Part shown: positions 41,082-64,000 of the stretch, piece by piece | How positions within the stretch are numbered: the stretch's first letter is position 1 | Layout: every line of letters begins with the position of its first letter | Origin: Thermoanaerobaculia bacterium | Lineage (GTDB): Bacteria; Acidobacteriota; Thermoanaerobaculia; Multivoradales; UBA5704 | Reading direction: 5' to 3' | Assembly (NCBI GenBank): GCA_035278895.1 | Contig: DATEIO010000055.1 | Location: 375-64,374 of the forward strand | DNA length: 64,000 bases | Position numbers and translations under genes: made by a program | Notes under the pieces: model-generated | What the model was told of the DNA's origin: nothing | Databases searched by the model: none | What the model saw: only the letters and a program-made list of their open reading frames with translations

Positions 41082-41085
<4 letters not shown>
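21280..41085 (-). CDS. hybrid NRPS-PKS megasynthase, 6601 aa: C(DCL, HMxxxDG)-A-PCP-C-A-PCP-E-C(DCL)-A(Pro)-PCP-C-A(Ala-type)-PCP-KS-AT-psiKR-KR[MT inserted]-ACP
   Basis: GTG 41085 overlaps the upstream stop (GTGA). The N-terminus 'TASRPIQDIYPLSPMQQGMLFHSL' is a DCL-type start. My residue count was validated twice: it predicts YTSGSTG of A4 at 28198..28200, and the total is 6601 aa. Approximate domains: C 39766..41064; A 38161..39702 (DIWEITADDK); PCP Ser 38011..38013; C 36511..37839; A 34936..36453 (DSTKAGHVGK); PCP 'GGDSILSI' Ser 34795..34797; E 33271..34644 ('HHLVVDGVSW'); C 31936..33246; A 30340..31872 (DVQFIAHVVK); C 28696..30018; A 27196..28638 (DLFNNALTYK); KS 25588..26868; AT 24421..25317; psiKR 23551..24174; KR/MT 21676..23538; ACP 'GGDSLVAL' Ser 21460..21462. 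The ORF-track '8461 aa' includes 5.6 kb of out-of-frame overlap. Confidence 0.9.
21676..23538 (-). other. domain: ketoreductase catalytic subdomain interrupted by a methyltransferase
   Basis: N-part: 'VWLVTGGLGGVGLEIAEHLAAARARVVLLGRTG' (TGGLGGVG at 23497..23520). C-part after the insert: 'MRALGAEVAVEAADAAD', 'LDGVIHAAGV', 'AAKVRGA', 'VVFSSTSALL', 'GQTGYCAANAFLD', 'LDWDRWQGTGMA'. Confidence 0.8.
22276..23418 (-). other. domain: PKS-type SAM methyltransferase (C- or O-MT undetermined) inserted inside the KR
   Basis: 'FHRFFDFLLETLAEDGWV', motif I 'LRVLEAGGGQGVLT' (22798..22821), 'YWFTDLG', 'FDLLFALNVVHATPD', 'LLRPGGELCLIE', 'GLAEGWWLFSD'. Confidence 0.8.
24421..25317 (-). other. domain: acyltransferase 3, malonyl-type
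   Basis: 'FLFPGQGAQ', 'MIGHSLGEYTAACLAGVF', 'TSHAFHSAMM'. Confidence 0.9.
25588..26868 (-). other. domain: ketosynthase 3
   Basis: 'IAIIGMSGRFPGA', 'TACSSSL', 'EAHGTGT', 'KANLGHL'. Confidence 0.9.
33271..34644 (-). other. domain: epimerisation
   Basis: 'LTPIQQRFF', 'EHYNQAVLL', 'AIHHLVVDGVSW', 'VLFNYLGQLD'. Confidence 0.9.
39766..41064 (-). other. domain: DCL-type C domain with HMxxxDG (second His replaced by Met)
   Basis: 'LVWSLHMLLLDGWS'; the ATG codon for Met is at 40651..40653. Confidence 0.85.

Positions 41086-64000
<22,915 letters not shown>

Overview
Very GC-rich window (about 70% by eye, not computed) that is coding on the minus strand almost end to end. Ten co-directional minus-strand genes are supported. 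Six of them (4487..64000, about 59.5 kb) form one co-linear hybrid NRPS-PKS assembly line with 12 adenylation domains, 3 KS-AT modules and 2 epimerisation domains. Every megasynthase junction is a 4-8 nt start/stop overlap. The rightmost gene has no start in the window, so the early modules are missing. Downstream lie an MFS exporter, GDP-L-fucose synthase (fcl), a SAM methyltransferase and a polytopic membrane protein; the membrane protein is absent from the supplied ORF track and runs off the left edge. The ORF track overstates several genes: the '8461-aa' ORF is really a 6601-aa protein starting at 41085, and the extra N-terminus is out-of-frame overlap with the upstream gene. All long plus-strand ORFs look like antisense shadows. 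The most unusual features are: (1) a TauD/VioC-type Fe/2OG hydroxylase fused in frame after a terminal C domain, while keeping its own strong Shine-Dalgarno and ATG. It abuts a His-less C-like domain plus an Asp-specific A domain at the start of the next protein, predicting beta-hydroxy-Asp. (2) A last protein built as degenerate heterocyclisation-like domain, A-subdomain remnant, PCP and GT4-like glycosyltransferase, with no TE or R domain in the window. (3) A ketoreductase whose Rossmann fold is split by a ~380-aa methyltransferase. (4) Two non-reducing KS-AT-CP modules that feed NRPS C domains directly. (5) DCL-like C domains with no cognate E domain, each after a beta-hydroxy-amino-acid module. 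(6) A C domain with HMxxxDG. No rRNA, tRNA, CRISPR or mobile elements were seen. Domain borders are about +/-30 aa. They come from hand residue counts anchored on exact motif positions. Substrate calls come from hand-extracted Stachelhaus codes. Novelty cannot be established without database searches.
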